Source: Camelus ferus
Taxonomy: Eukaryota
Direction of reading: 5' to 3'
Assembly: GCF_009834535.1 (NCBI RefSeq)
Contig: NC_045696.1
Coordinates: 35,652,001-35,716,000 of the forward strand
Length of the DNA: 64,000 nt
Of this stretch, positions 1 to 13,320 are shown in pieces; position 1 is the first letter of the stretch; each line of letters opens with the position of its first letter. The notes beneath the pieces were generated by a model that saw only the letters and a program-made list of their open reading frames with translations, made no database searches and had not been told where the DNA came from. The translations under genes and the position numbers were made by a program.

Positions 1-59
1 ATAAAAGATGAGTATAGCACATGAGCAAAAATTCAGTATCACTGTAATAATTATGAAAC

Positions 60-485
60 CATGACTAGCAATGCTTTAAAAAAACATACTATATCATGGT
101 CAAGTTTAGTTTATTTCAAGAATGCAAAGTTGGTTTAATATTTAATCATTCAAGAAATCCACAAAATTAATAGATAGAAAAGAAAATCAACCTCAATAGA
201 TGTAAAAAATAAATATTTTAATTTAAATTTATTAACACATCATGCCTAGAAAATATGTATACCTGACAAATGTATATAAACACCCCCAAAACTAAAACAA
301 ACAAGCCTGCAAACATCATACTCAGGAGTGAAACCAAGAAGGCATTTCTTTTAAAGTAGAAACTAGGAGTCTGCTGTTACCATTTCAATTCATCATTAGA
401 CCTAATGTCTTAAGTTTTGAAATTAGACAAGAAAATAAATAAAAATGTAGAAAGTTTGAAAAGGAAAAATAACTAAGCTGTCCTT
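60..485 (+). mobile_element. Old, degenerate LINE-1 (L1M-type) ORF2 fragment
   Basis: Decayed L1 RT-region phrases: caagaatgcaaagttggtttaatatt, ctcaatagatg, aacatcatactca, attagacaagaaaataaataaaa. Confidence 0.7.
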
Positions 486-2773
486 ATAAAATCATACTGG
501 GCACATTCGAGTATTATTCTCAATAGAGTAAAGAAGAGTAGAAATATTGTTCCTATCTTTTAAGGTATTAAATTTTGTTTCAAATTAAGCGTAAATAAAT
601 TTTAAACTTTTAAAGTCAACTGCATATAAAGTATTCCCTGTGCTGAGATTCATAGAGTAGGGTTGGTTAAAAAAGGGTTGGAGAAAGCACTTCTGAGGCT
701 GATTCGAAGAGAGAGAGCGTCCCTAGCCAGCCTGTGACAGTAGGCGCAACACGGCCGGTTCTCACTGGCGGTCTCTTAGGTGCTGGACTTAGAACTATAG
801 ACAAAATAGGTTGACTCCTGTTGTTATTAACTCATTGGCTAGTGGACGGAAGAGGGATCGTTCTTAACATAAATAATGTCTTGATTAAAATGGAATTTGC
901 AAAAGATTGCCCTGTATGTTTATATGATTTAATGGGAAACCTGCTGTAAAATACTCTAATTCAGTTTATTCCAGTATTTCTCTGTCTCAGTTATAGCACA
1001 TGGTAATCTATAACTGAAACATTTTCTTTCTAATCCGAAGTGATTCAAATCTTCTTTCCTGAGAACAGTAAGGCATATTTTGTCAATTTTATTCCATTTT
1101 CCTTCTCCTGTTTATGCTTTTTTTGCTTCCACTCTGATTGTGATTACATGATACCAATAATGAATACTTGCTGCCAAGGTCAAAGGTTTCAATTTTATAA
1201 ATCACACTCGTGTATTAGAGTGTGTGTGTCTTGAAAATAAGGCAGTTTATAAGACAAAATTACCTTTAATAGGAGTTAATAGCATTTCCTTTGGAAATGA
1301 GTTAAATTTCAATAATTTGTAGCATTTAAATCTTTGATAAATAACTTAGGCTTGAATGAAAACATTTTCATCTAAGGCCAACATTTATTTGATAATTGCA
1401 ATACAGATTCCAAGCATGGCTATATGTTTGTCACATTAACCCACCCTCTTATTTTAATAGAAAATGTGGGTAAGAAGGTTATGGTGAAACAGAGTGCAGA
1501 ACCTGAAATTCTTAGACATTTTGAATCACATGTCTTCTGTCAGCAAATAAAATGATTAGTAGTATCTCTGAGCCACTGGGGAAATTAACTGATTGTAAGA
1601 GACTGGTGTGCTTCCCTTAACCCTTTAATTATGAAAGATCATGATGTTATCTATACTCATAAGTCAATATAAGAACAAAAGCAAAACTCCACTGCACATT
1701 TTGTTTTGCCGATTTTTGATGGACTTTCATTTTGCCCAAACAACAATAATTTCATTGATTTCAGTTTGTATAAGCAGATGTATTTAAGGATCTCTGAGGA
1801 CAGTGAATAATATAGGCCCTTAAAAAAGCTGGTAATGTCATTTCTAATTCAAAATACACAGGAAAGAGCACGCGAGACTTCGACAGGAATGCACTGCATC
1901 CTGTGCAGATGAGATGGAATTTTATAAATGATTTCCAACCACATTCAATACATGTTAGAACTAGTTCTCGCCACTGTTGCGAAGTCTCTTTTCCTTTAAC
2001 CCTGTTTACCATAATCAAAATCACAAGGAAAAGTAAGTGAGGATACTACTTCCAAGGTAGAATATTTTTTATTCTGTTTACTCTGTCTGTACATCTGGGT
2101 TTGCTGAATCTTTGAACTTAATTCAAAGCACATTTGCAGACTTTCCCATCTTAACTGATGTGTTTACAAATACATAAATTATAGAGCTAAATGCAGCCTG
2201 CTCTGATTTCTGAATGGTCATGGGGCTTTGGCTTAATTGACTGGTTTGATTTTCCAGCTACTTTTATTTCCCTTGCCAAACATTTTACTAGACATGCTAA
2301 CAAGAAATGAAATGGTCATAAGGCTGAGAGCCAGAAGGAAAAGAGTGATAAGCAAAGGTCTGGTTAGTACATAAACGTGGTAAATGGCCACTGTAATTGA
2401 GAGTTGGCTGTACGAAGCTGTGTATCTGTGACTACATTCAAGAGCTGCATTGAGTTTTACTAGCGTATTAGTCTTCCAAGAATTGTATTAAGGAAGAAAC
2501 ATAGAAATGTAGAGTGATTTATGGAAAACATGCATAGGCAGGGTTTCATTTGTTTATTTGTTTGTACATTCATTTTATTTCAGATTAGTTTTCTACGACC
2601 ATCCATAGACATTTGATTTACTGTTCTGGAGAGACAAAAGTTTCCAAAGAAATGTTGAATCTTCCTTTTCTTCCTGAATATTGTCATGTCAAAGCCTAGC
2701 TAAAATTTTGAAGAAGCAAGTCTGTAGGCTCAAGGTTTTGGCTAAAATGACTTTTCAAACATTACTTAATTTC

Positions 2774-2776
<3 letters not shown>

Positions 2777-2805
<29 letters not shown>
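2777..2805. repeat. (TG)n microsatellite
   Basis: About 14 perfect TG units. Confidence 0.97.
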
Positions 2806-2808
<3 letters not shown>

Positions 2809-3614
2809 GTATATTTGATATGTTACTGAAAATATATAACTTAATCAGTGTCCTAATGGACAATGAATTGATGTGTCAATTGATTTTTCATATATGAAAA
2901 TCTGAGAATTTATAGAATTTAAATAATTCTCTCACCTCTTAATAATAAGACATATAGCTTGGGATATATGCATGTACTAAATGTAGTAAACATAACGTTC
3001 ATGCAACCAAGCTATAATTCATAACCAATATGAATTAAGAGTTTTCACATATGAAACAATAAACAAGGAAAGAAATATATTTTCTGGCATCAGGATGGCA
3101 CACGAACCATAAAATAGAAGGAACACATGAGGGAAAAAAAGTATGTGTGCTCTACAGTTAGGTGCACAGGGATGTTTGTTAAAAATCTATTGTGTGTTCA
3201 AGGTCTTTGACCTTGCTCAGTCAAGATTTGTCTTAACTCAGGTCTTCTCGACTTGGAAGAGGAGTGATTTTTTTTTCTTTGTGTAACATGATGGATTTAT
3301 AGTCAAAACAATATTGTAGCAACAATAAAGGAAGTGAATTATGGGGTAGTAATCTGTGTAGGCTTTGAAACTGGAGTTACATTTTACTGTAACAATTGTC
3401 GGAAGTGCTACCCTCTTCAGTCATCCTTTCAATTCAGAATGATGCATAGAATTGATTCCCAACAATTGCCTCAGTTATTATCTGTAGTTGAAGATTTATT
3501 CTATTTGTAGATCTATGTATCAGTATACTTAACACTTTTGCGTCTTTGTGTCTAATGCTTTTTCATATTTTAAATGTTTCCCTCAGTGTACATTTCCAAA
3601 AATAACGGCATAAT

Positions 3615-3790
3615 ACATTCAGGTTGCAACTTCTGGTTTTATAACTTAGCTGTGTGACATTAAGTTTATTACCCTCTATATATCAGTTTTTTCATGTAAA
3701 AAGTGGAAATGATAATTAATAAGTTAGTATATATAAAATAATTAACACCAATATTTTGCATACACTAAGTACTGTATAAATGCATTTAAA
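3615..3790 (+). mobile_element. MIR SINE remnant
   Basis: MIR core-like text: acttagctgtgtgaca...tcagttttttcatgtaaaaagtggaaatgataat. Confidence 0.6.
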
Positions 3791-4467
3791 TGCTTGTTAA
3801 ATGTTTAATAGTAATTAAGGCCACATACTTCCAAAATGGTTATTACAAATTACTACCAATAACAATTTTAATTTTATTTTCCCTTTAAACATAACATGGA
3901 TTTTATCATTTTTAATGTGCTAATTGAATACAGATTTTAAAAGTTTTAATTATTAGTCTTAATTGTTTTGTCCAGTTGGCACATAGTATCCATGAAGGTA
4001 GGGACTTTGATTTATCTGCCCATTTATTCTGACTAATGGGCATGGGAGAAACACCTAGTGTGTAGCACTGTAAATATCTGCAGTAGTTGTCAATGATTAT
4101 GGAATTCCTGGCTCTGTCTGGTGCCTGAAGACAGAAATACTTGATTTTACAAATCAGCTAAAACGCAATTAGAGTGAAGCAACGGGCATATTTTGTGTTC
4201 AAGGAAAACCATGCCAAATAAGCCAATTTAGGTATCATAGGGTATGGGCCCTTGTTTTGAAAACCAATCTTCTTCCATCTTTTTTATTTTTTTTACTTTT
4301 GTTTTCTATTGAAAGCTAGTTTTGTTTTTAATTGCAACTTTGTAAATTTGGAGGACAGAGAAAACTTTCAGTTTTTAGTTCATCAGGTGCATCAAAATAC
4401 ATATGTTCATTGCATATTTGTTGAACTCTGCTGATGGTTATACATTTATTATTTACCGTGTATCTAG

Positions 4468-4529
4468 GTAAACCAGTTATGATCGTCACAGAATACATGG
4501 AGAATGGTTCCTTGGACAGTTTCTTACGT
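4468..4529 (+). CDS. EPHA3: EPHA3 coding exon (exon 12 equivalent, 62 bp), kinase hinge: (S)[20 protein letters not shown]
   Basis: tctag acceptor ends at 4467 and gtaagt donor starts at 4530. Encodes the gatekeeper/hinge VTEYM. Too short for the ORF track. Confidence 0.96.
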
Positions 4530-6125
4530 GTAAGTAAATTGTATATGCATTCACCTATCTCTGCCTTATCTCTGCCTTATCTTTAACTATCTACACATAT
4601 ATAAAGATGGAATGAATTGCTGAAAATGATTGATACAACCTCTAATATTGTGCCAAACAATTAGATAATCAGTTTTAAGAAAACTGAACTTGTTGGTACA
4701 GAATAGCAAGAGGAAGACTATAAAATTTAATCTTTATCTTGCAGCATCCAAATGTTGATGGTTTATATTTTTAAAACAAATTTGTGCAATTTTCTTCAGC
4801 CTTTTTATACTGACACGTTTCACATTGGTTAAAACAAAAATTTAAAAATTCTAAAGTAAGACATAAATTATATTAATATAAGAAATATACTTTTCTTTAT
4901 ATAAAGCAACCTCCATCTATTATAAGATAGAAGACGTCTATCTTTCATATAGTATTTTCCACTCAGAAGCTAAGCATGTGCTGTAATGTCAAAGTATTCT
5001 CAATCCAGAGAGATCATTACTTATATATCATAACATATATATACATGTGGATAGATTTCAGTTGTTTACGTTTAGAAAATTTATATTTTAATAATATCAA
5101 CAATATTACATTCAAAGAAATTCAAAAGCTTTATGGAATACAAGTCTGTCAATCATTAGTCATTGCAACGGATTAGAAAAAAAATAGACCCTGTCCTCAT
5201 GGTGTTTTCAACAGTATATAAATGGGAACTGATAGATAGATCAATGAAATATATGGTATAATTCATAATCCTGGAGGAAAATTCTAGTTTTTCTATGAAT
5301 TAGAAGTTATATTGTTTACTTTAATATTCACGAGCCAAATAAAAATTTTAGTAGCAATTATTTTCACAAACATATTTCAAAAACAAGTATTTTGCAAACC
5401 AGTAATTAAAAATATTATAATAAATATTCATTTAAAAGTATCATTTGTGTAGGTATTGCCTAGACATGAAATTTTAATTTTTGTGTATCTATGTATGATG
5501 CATGTATCTGTCTATCTATCTTATAAATCATATATTTCTATTTTAATCCAAGTAGATTGGAAGCTTTTCTAAATCCAGGACTCTTTGTCTCTTGCTGCTT
5601 TCAGTTTTATGACATACAATTCAGGGTTGGGTAGAAAAAGAAATATTCAGTAAATCTTTTTGACTAATTTTAAGCAAATTATTTATTATGATAATTGAAT
5701 ATTTAATGTCTACCTTATTTAAAGGCAATTAATATGTCTGGAAAACAAGAAGAAAGAATAAATATTCAATTCAAACCAATAAATAAAAGTCTAAAATAGC
5801 CACAGGAACCATTTCATTTTGTTATTCTTAACCTTAAAGTTTCTGAGAAGGAGTTTGTCATCTAAAGACCACAAAATTCTACTTTTGAACCTGAATTCAA
5901 CAAATATTAGGCTACTTCTTACTACAAACTGTTTGGTAATGCAGCTACTAGGCTATTCTGTTTTACTCCTGTATCCATTTATTCACACGTCTTGTTAGGC
6001 TGGTGTGTTTAGAGCTAGAATGTATATAATCAGTCATGTTATGATTCAGTATGTGACATTTTAATCAAGATACGGCTTTAGGAAATAGCAACACATCTTA
6101 ATTGTACATTTGAAATCCTTCTCAG

Positions 6126-6335
6126 AAACACGATGCCCAGTTTACAGTTATCCAGCTGGTAGGGATGCTTCGCGGGATAGCATCTGGCATGAAGTACCTC
6201 TCAGACATGGGCTATGTTCACCGAGACCTCGCTGCTCGGAACATCTTGATCAACAGTAATTTGGTGTGTAAGGTTTCTGATTTTGGACTTTCACGTGTTT
6301 TAGAAGATGACCCAGAAGCTGCTTACACAACAAGA
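6126..6335 (+). CDS. EPHA3: EPHA3 coding exon (exon 13 equivalent, 210 bp): catalytic loop [11 protein letters not shown] and activation loop
   Basis: cttctcag acceptor and gtgagt donor at 6336. Translation [70 protein letters not shown] overlaps ORF 6165..6401. Confidence 0.98.
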
Positions 6336-6714
6336 GTGAGTAACTCATTTTTTTTCTTTTATCTTTGTATAACATTTTGTATTACGTTGACTAGCAAATG
6401 AATAGAAATTATATGCCAAAATTCTTGGTCAATTATATCTTTTCCCAAATGAAACTTATCCTTTAAAAGTAAAATATTGTGAAACATTCTGGGGAAATAG
6501 TCACTGTTCATAAGGTGAATAATGTTATTAATTCTGAAATTCTATATATTGGTTTAATGATTCTCCAAAAAAGGCAGCAAGTTTCACACATGTCTGAAGT
6601 CTTGGTATTTCTCTACTTACCCATCTTTTTATCATGGTTGAGCCACTGTTAGGAAGCAGATGGGATAAATTCTCAGTATCCGCATCCAACTAGATATAAT
6701 TTTAAACCATGTTA

Positions 6715-8030
6715 AAATTAATATTCACATGAGTAACACATGTTTACATTATAAAAATTTTAAAACAAAGCCATAAAAAGGAGAAAAGTCATCCATAATT
6801 CTGCCACCCACAGAGAATATTTGTGACTTTGTGAGTCAATTCTTCCAAACTTTTTTGGCATCCCTATATACATAGACATATGCATGAGTAAAAAATTAAA
6901 ATTATTCTTAATACAAATTGGGTACTGTTTCTCTTCTTGGCAATATACCTCTTGAATATATTTCACTGTCAATAAACAATTTTTGTTTTCACTTTTAGCA
7001 ATTTGACATATTGTATTTTCTAGTTGTGTCATTTTTTAACCAAACCTTAACTAGTGGACAAATTATTATTACATCTAGTCATTCAAGAACTTTTTACAAA
7101 TTTGTAAATAATACATCTGCATTCATAACTGTTTGAGCCTAATGATTCCCTGACACACTCCTAAAAGTAGATTTTCTGTGTTAATCTGTGTCTACTTTAA
7201 AAGCACATTTCACCATGCTCCTAATAAAACTAGATATTATCATTATTTTTAGTATTTACTTATTAATTGTGAGGAATTTTATCTAATTATTTTCATTTGC
7301 ATTCCTTTGATTCAAAATGCATTTGATTATTTCTTCCTATATTTGTTGGCAAGATTTCTTTTAAATAACATTTCTTTAAAGAAATTTTTTTGCATGGAAG
7401 AAAATTTAAGAAATAAAGATATAATAATCATTGCTAATGATACTACTTAAAGATAACCAATTTTAACATTTAATGTCATCTTTTCATATTTTTCTGTGCA
7501 TTTTCATATATGTTTCAATTCTGCATATAGTTTTTAAAAAGATCATACTATATATACTGATATAGAAAATGATTTTACTTAATAAGTCTAATATTTTCTT
7601 TATATATAAATTCAGTACTATTTTGTAATCTGCCCTTTTTAACCTGAAATATAAAATATTGGATTTTCTAAATGGTCAAATATTCTTTTTACAATATTAC
7701 TAAATAATATATGGTACTCCATTTTATTCATATAATTTATTCAGCAAATATACTATTAATTGGGTATAATTTCAATGTTTTGATATTATCAGCAGTACTT
7801 TGATGTACATCTTGGAATATTTAGTTCCTGTCTTTGTGTCATTACCACCTCAGGATAAATTTCTAGAATGAAAATTGGTGAGTCAAAACGTGGACAGATA
7901 TGTGAAGATTTTGATACATGAGTCGCTTGACAATTTTCCATATAGTTTGTTACCACTTTTCATTTTTAGTGACAATGTATAAAGGAGGCTGTTCTTCTAT
8001 ACTCTCACCATCCAAGAGACTGGGCAGTTT
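6715..8030 (-). mobile_element. Ancient L1 (L1ME-like) 3'-region fragments
   Basis: T-rich decayed antisense L1 phrases (caggataaatttctagaatgaaaattggtgagtcaaa, gtttgttaccacttttcatt, ttttcatttgcattcctttgatt). Boundaries approximate. Confidence 0.5.
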
Positions 8031-9031
8031 TTAAAAAAAAATACAGTCAACTTCTGCTGTTTTCTTCTTGTTTAATTCTGAAAGTTTATTCCTGATTAAA
8101 AAACGAACAAAGAAACAACAAAAAAGTTCTCATTCTTTTCTGAAATGATCTCAGTAACTCTGTTAACAACTAAAGTTGTCAGTGGCTTCTAAATCACACT
8201 GTGTGAAAAATCTCGACCTGCAGACTGAGTTCCATCTGCAGGAAAAGCCACAGTGATAGAACCACAGAAAGACAGAAGCACCGTGTCCCTGAGATTTCCC
8301 TAGATGTGATGATTTAGGAGTTGGAACTCTCCCAATGACTTGAACCCTTGTTCGCATTTGCCCTTTTTAGTTATTCTCTGTAGATTACCTTTGTTCATGA
8401 ATCTATGTATTTTTCAAAACCGTCCTGCATAAAAATATTGCTGTTCTTAAGAACACAGTTCATTAGATTAAGAACAAGAAAAATGGAAGACAATGTTATG
8501 TCTTGCAGCTAGTTGAATTAAATTTAGCACGGTGACTACGCCTACTCAGCTCTGAAAACTTGATAAAATTGCAAACCATGGGTAAATATCTTGATGGTGC
8601 TTTTTATTGCTCCTTCTCTGATCTCCAGGAAAATTAGTCAGCCAACATTCTGCAGCTAGGCATTATTTTTATGACTAAATTATCATCCCAGGAGACAACA
8701 TATGCAACATATGATAATATATTTGTTGTTTGGAAGAGAATGTTTTTTATTCTACTCACTGCTACTCTGCATTTTAAAGATATTTTTCATAACCTTCTGC
8801 TACTATATGAGCTTTTAACATACGCCATGAAAAATATTCTTGCTGGCATTATCTCTGTTACAACAATTACCTTATCCAAGAAATATTTCCAGTTCTAATA
8901 AAAAGTATTTGGCAAAAAAGCCTTTATTTGAGATACTAAATTTTCCAATAATTCATTCACATTCTATTCTCTATTCCATATCCCATTTTAAACTGAGAAC
9001 ATCCTTGTTCTCAATCCTAGCCTTGATTTCT

Positions 9032-9533
9032 TGTATTGGGGAGAAACAATTTTTCTCTACCCTTCAAAGTTTCTTTTAGCTGGTCTAATAATCAAATCAA
9101 CATGAAACAGATTAACAGGAGAAAAACAAATTTAATTTCGTATGGATGGGAATCTCAGGTACATGAGAGAGTCAAAGACAGAAAAGTAAAATGATGGATA
9201 GATGCCATCTTGAGCTAAGGAGTAGGGAAGGGGGCCTGGGGCTTCAAAGGGGAGGAGGGCAATTCTCATGTTGATAATAAGAGTAGACATGGGGTAATTA
9301 GATGTTTGCCCTGCCGTATAGGTGGGCCACTCAGATAAAGTTTATCTCTGGTAATAATTCCCATTCTAGAAAAGGACCCTTCTCTCCCCTCCACCCCAAT
9401 TTGAATTCTTCCAGGTAGTTAAGGGAGGGGCAGAAGCTTCTCTTAAACTGGCAGAGTCTTTGATTGCCTTTGGCTCAAAATAATTCACATGCCCAAGTGG
9501 TACATTTTGGGGAGCAGGATACTGAAAGGAACA
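9032..9533 (-). mobile_element. ERV1-class solo LTR (MER34-like), ~502 bp
   Basis: TG...CA termini flanked by direct repeat ATTTCT (9026-9031, 9534-9539). The minus strand starts with ...ccccaaaatgtaccacttgggcatgtgaattattttgagc and ends with gaagggtagagaaaaattgtttctccccaataca, resembling recalled MER34-family ends. Confidence 0.75.
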
Positions 9534-9689
9534 ATTTCTCCTGTAGGAACTTGAAAGATTCATTCAAATCTAGATTATCTGCTCTCTGGAGACCATATCA
9601 GGTTAACTTTCAGAGCATCATTTATACTGATTGCTACTTTGTCAGGACAAAGGGGTCCACAAGATCACTTCTTGAACCTTAGTAGAAGA

Positions 9690-10660
9690 ATGGTGTGGCT
9701 ATGTCAAAGTTCCTCTTTAGCATTTGTGAAATAAAAGTGCCACAGAATCTTTGCATTTATGTTTCATTCCCAGAAGATTCTTAAAAACCGCACGAACCTC
9801 AATGAGCTCATTCAAGACCAATAAATTGCTGGTTAGAGTTCTTCAGTGTTCATCCTTGTATTTTCTTGGAACTGCTTGAAATACCCATGGAGGTCCTGGC
9901 TTCCTTCTGAGAAGCTGTAATTTGCGTCTGCATTTCTAGAATAATTTAGATACCGTTGATTTAATTTCCCATAATAAACCTTGCTTGGTACAATAATTTT
10001 ATAATTTACCCTAAAATGTAAGGTATGGCCATAAAGTAATAGGTCTGCTATTTTGTTTTTTACACAAGCACACTGAAACAATTACATGAGTGTTTTCATA
10101 CTAGGTTGTCTTTTTGGGAACGTGTACTCACTGCACATTCCTGCAGGAACACTGCACAACTTCAGGAACATTGCTGGTGCACAAAATGTTTTGGGAGCTC
10201 TTCTCTTGAAATTATCTCTAAAACTAGATTGTGAATGAAACTACCACATCACTCCAAATTGTTTAAGCATATAGTATTATGGGAAGCAGTCTTGACTAAG
10301 ATAAGTTTATATCTGATCTCAACAAGTTTAAAGTTAATAAATAAGGAAAGTAGTGTTTTGTTGTAAAGTCTGTGTTTTTTTTCCTAACCAAAACAGCATT
10401 TATTCAGCTTAGACATCCACTTTATTTATTTGATTTATCATGCTATGATATGGTTATTTCAGAAAAACACATTTATCATTTTAAAACAGCGTGCCAAGGC
10501 ATTCTTTTTTGGATAAACACATCCTTGTTAATCTGCTTTACTGGTCATATTACTTTAATCACACAACACACTTCAGAAGTTAGCATTCAGTGCCTCAGTG
10601 CATTAAACCTTTCCGATTGCTCCTCTGAAAGGTGTTGCCTTTAGGTAGAGGGTAACTTAC
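9690..10660. mobile_element. Fragmented ancient mariner-like DNA transposon (MARNA-like)
   Basis: Decayed phrases caaaatgttttgggagctcttctcttgaaatt and catccactttatttatttgatttatc, resembling the region encoding the mariner PPYSPDL motif. Confidence 0.4.
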
Positions 10661-11169
10661 TAAGGAATCATGAGACACTTGATTCAATGCCCCTGAGTGA
10701 ATGCAGGGTGTCTGCTGTTTTCATTTTTAAAACATCTCTGCGATCAACAGCTAAGGTAGAAGAGCGGAATAGAAATTATATCAACTAATTCTATATTTAA
10801 AAATTCTTAAACTGGAGGGGACATCTGAGGAGTTGAGAAAATCCTTTGTCTTAAAACTTATTTAACAATTTATTAGACGTTTTCCCGGGCTGCTTTTGAT
10901 AGTGTCTAAAGTGTACCACAACTTTTCCTTCCTTGTATCCTCAGAGTATGCCTGAAAGGAAAGGGTCAGCAGAGAGAGTGATAGACATTTTTTGGGTGTT
11001 TTATCTTTTCCACAAGAATATTCGGGAGGAAATCAGACATTTTTTTCTATACACACTTCTAGTTATTTCTCTTGATTTCTCACTACTGAGTTACACAGAA
11101 ATCCCAGACATTGACACTTTTTATTATATAATATTATTTGCATGCTGTCATCTTTATAAAATTTATGAC

Positions 11170-11302
11170 TCATGAAATGTTGAGAGTGATAAAGGTATAA
11201 AGTTTTAGTATTATTGTAAAAATAGTTCAATCTTGCAGATTCCCTGAAATGCTCTTGAGGACACCCAGAAATGCTTGTATGACCCTTTGAGAATCACTGT
11301 TA
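11170..11302. mobile_element. hAT-Charlie-type DNA transposon end
   Basis: Ends ...gaccctttgagaatcactg, a typical Charlie/MER terminus. Confidence 0.5.
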
Positions 11303-13007
11303 TAGATATTTTATAAGGAAAAAAAAATTAAAAACTAAATAAATATTTGAGCAGTTATTAAATTATACAAAATATGACATGATATATAATACTATGTGAT
11401 CTAACATGTTTGAAGAAATGTCCTGAAAGCATACCTGTGGCTTCATACCAAATCCATGGGTATACAAATCACCTGGAAATCTCCTAGATTTCAAATGAGA
11501 CGCATGTGATTGGAGCATTTAACTCCGCAAATTAAAAACATCAGGAAATCTGTGTTGTTGAGAAAAGCAAGCAAAATATGAATCACCTCTTTTTGGTTAC
11601 CCATAATGTGAATATATTTCAAAGTATAATTATGGCATGTTTTCTATTTTTTTTTTTTTTTGCACTGAACTACTAATTTGCTTTATTTTATTTGAACAGA
11701 AACATAGTATTATTGGTGAGACTGTTTTCCACTGAATAATTTTTCAATCTTTCTCCTCATGAAATTCCACTTTAGACAAGTTAGCATTTTTAGATGTCCA
11801 TGCACACATCTGTGCATGTGAACATTCTTATATTCATATGTTGAAATACATGGAATCCGAAGCTCCAAGATGACAATGCTCAATCTGCTGTTTTAAACAG
11901 CAGTAAGTTAGAGAATATATAGGCTTTTATCTAATTTACATGCTTTGTCATATAAAGTCAATCCAATTCTCAAGTCCCCAGATTCATTGTAGGGGCATAA
12001 TTACCACATAAACTCATTTGGGAAATTTGTGAAAACCAAATGATATGTTCTTGGTTATATTCTTCATTACTGGTTTTTTTCTTTTTATTTCTGTCCTAAA
12101 GATGCATACTGAAGTAATTACCAAGTGGATTTTTGTATTGCATGAAAAGGTTCTGTCTTGTGTCATATTGTTTTATAACCAATTAACACCTACTTAATTT
12201 TTAGAAGATAAAACCAAATGAAGTTATCACAGGCATTGTGTGTTAAGTGATAGTAAAAAGAATTCTTATTTTACTTAATTTATTTGATTTTTCTTTCTCT
12301 ATGACTCTGCCAAGTTGATGCCAGAAGTATTCTAGTACGGCTTTGTCTTATCACATTTCATTTGCAAGATAAGAAGAAAAGAGTGGCTAGACTAGGAAGT
12401 TAAAAGCTAAGCAGTTAAACACTCCAGTTCAGGACAACTCCATTCTAAGAACATATAATAATAGAAAGCATGAGCCTTAGTTCTGTAGAATTCCCAAGGA
12501 CTAAAAATTATGCATACCCAAAACTGGTGTAATATAAAAAGATTAATTAAATTATTTTGATGAGTAATATATGCCATATATAATTTACACATGAATAAAA
12601 AAATAAGTAAATACCTAATCAGTAGCCTTCATATAGTAAGTTATTTCAAGCTTGAACCCAAAATACATAATGTCAACCACGAATTTATTTCCTACTCTCT
12701 TAGAATCAGTACCAGTACATCTGTAGCTTCACAAAGTAAAGGTATAGATTCAAAAATCAGGAAATTCTAGATTTTACAGCCTCAGTTAACGTTGCATCAA
12801 AGTTATTGAGAGCTCTTAACTTTCTAGGCACCCATTGTAGAGAGAGAGGTAGCATAAACATTTTAACATGTGAAAATAATCCATCCACATTTATGTGGAG
12901 AAAAATCACAGCTAAAATTTTGGAGTGGAACACAGGAGTGAGGATGTTCCATGTAAATCGTTTACACACAATCTCTAGCAGGAACTGTTTTCTCTACGAT
13001 GTATCCG

Positions 13008-13320
13008 TAATTCATTCATTTATTCATTCAACAGATATTTGAGTGCCTACAATGCTTACAAGACACTGTTCTAAGACCGGAGGATCCAGAGGTGAATAAA
13101 ACAAACCCCTGACCTCATAAGCTTACATTCTAGTGTGGGGATTCAGATAATAAACAAACAGGTAAAGGTGCAGCAAGGCAGAGAAGTAAGATGAGGAATG
13201 TGGACGGTGTGAGGGGGCTGCTATTCTAGTTAGAAGGATCAGAGAGTTTCTCTGATAAAATGATGTGAGAGCAGAGAATTGGTGAGAGTGAAGGAGTAAA
13301 TAACATAAAGATTGAGGTTA
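13008..13320 (-). mobile_element. L2 LINE 3' end
   Basis: attcattcattt...caacagatattttgagtgcctac...agcttacattctagt, the antisense L2 tail. Confidence 0.8.

Noticed and set aside
6336..6401. ORF read-through past exon 13 (VSNSFFFF...)
   Set aside because: A good gtgagt donor lies at 6336, and the extension is low-complexity intron sequence.
11799..11818. Hairpin CATGCACA-catc-TGTGCATG (and a similar CT/AG inverted repeat near 53435-53460)
   Set aside because: Stems of about 8 bp are expected by chance in 64 kb and are far too short for a pre-miRNA.
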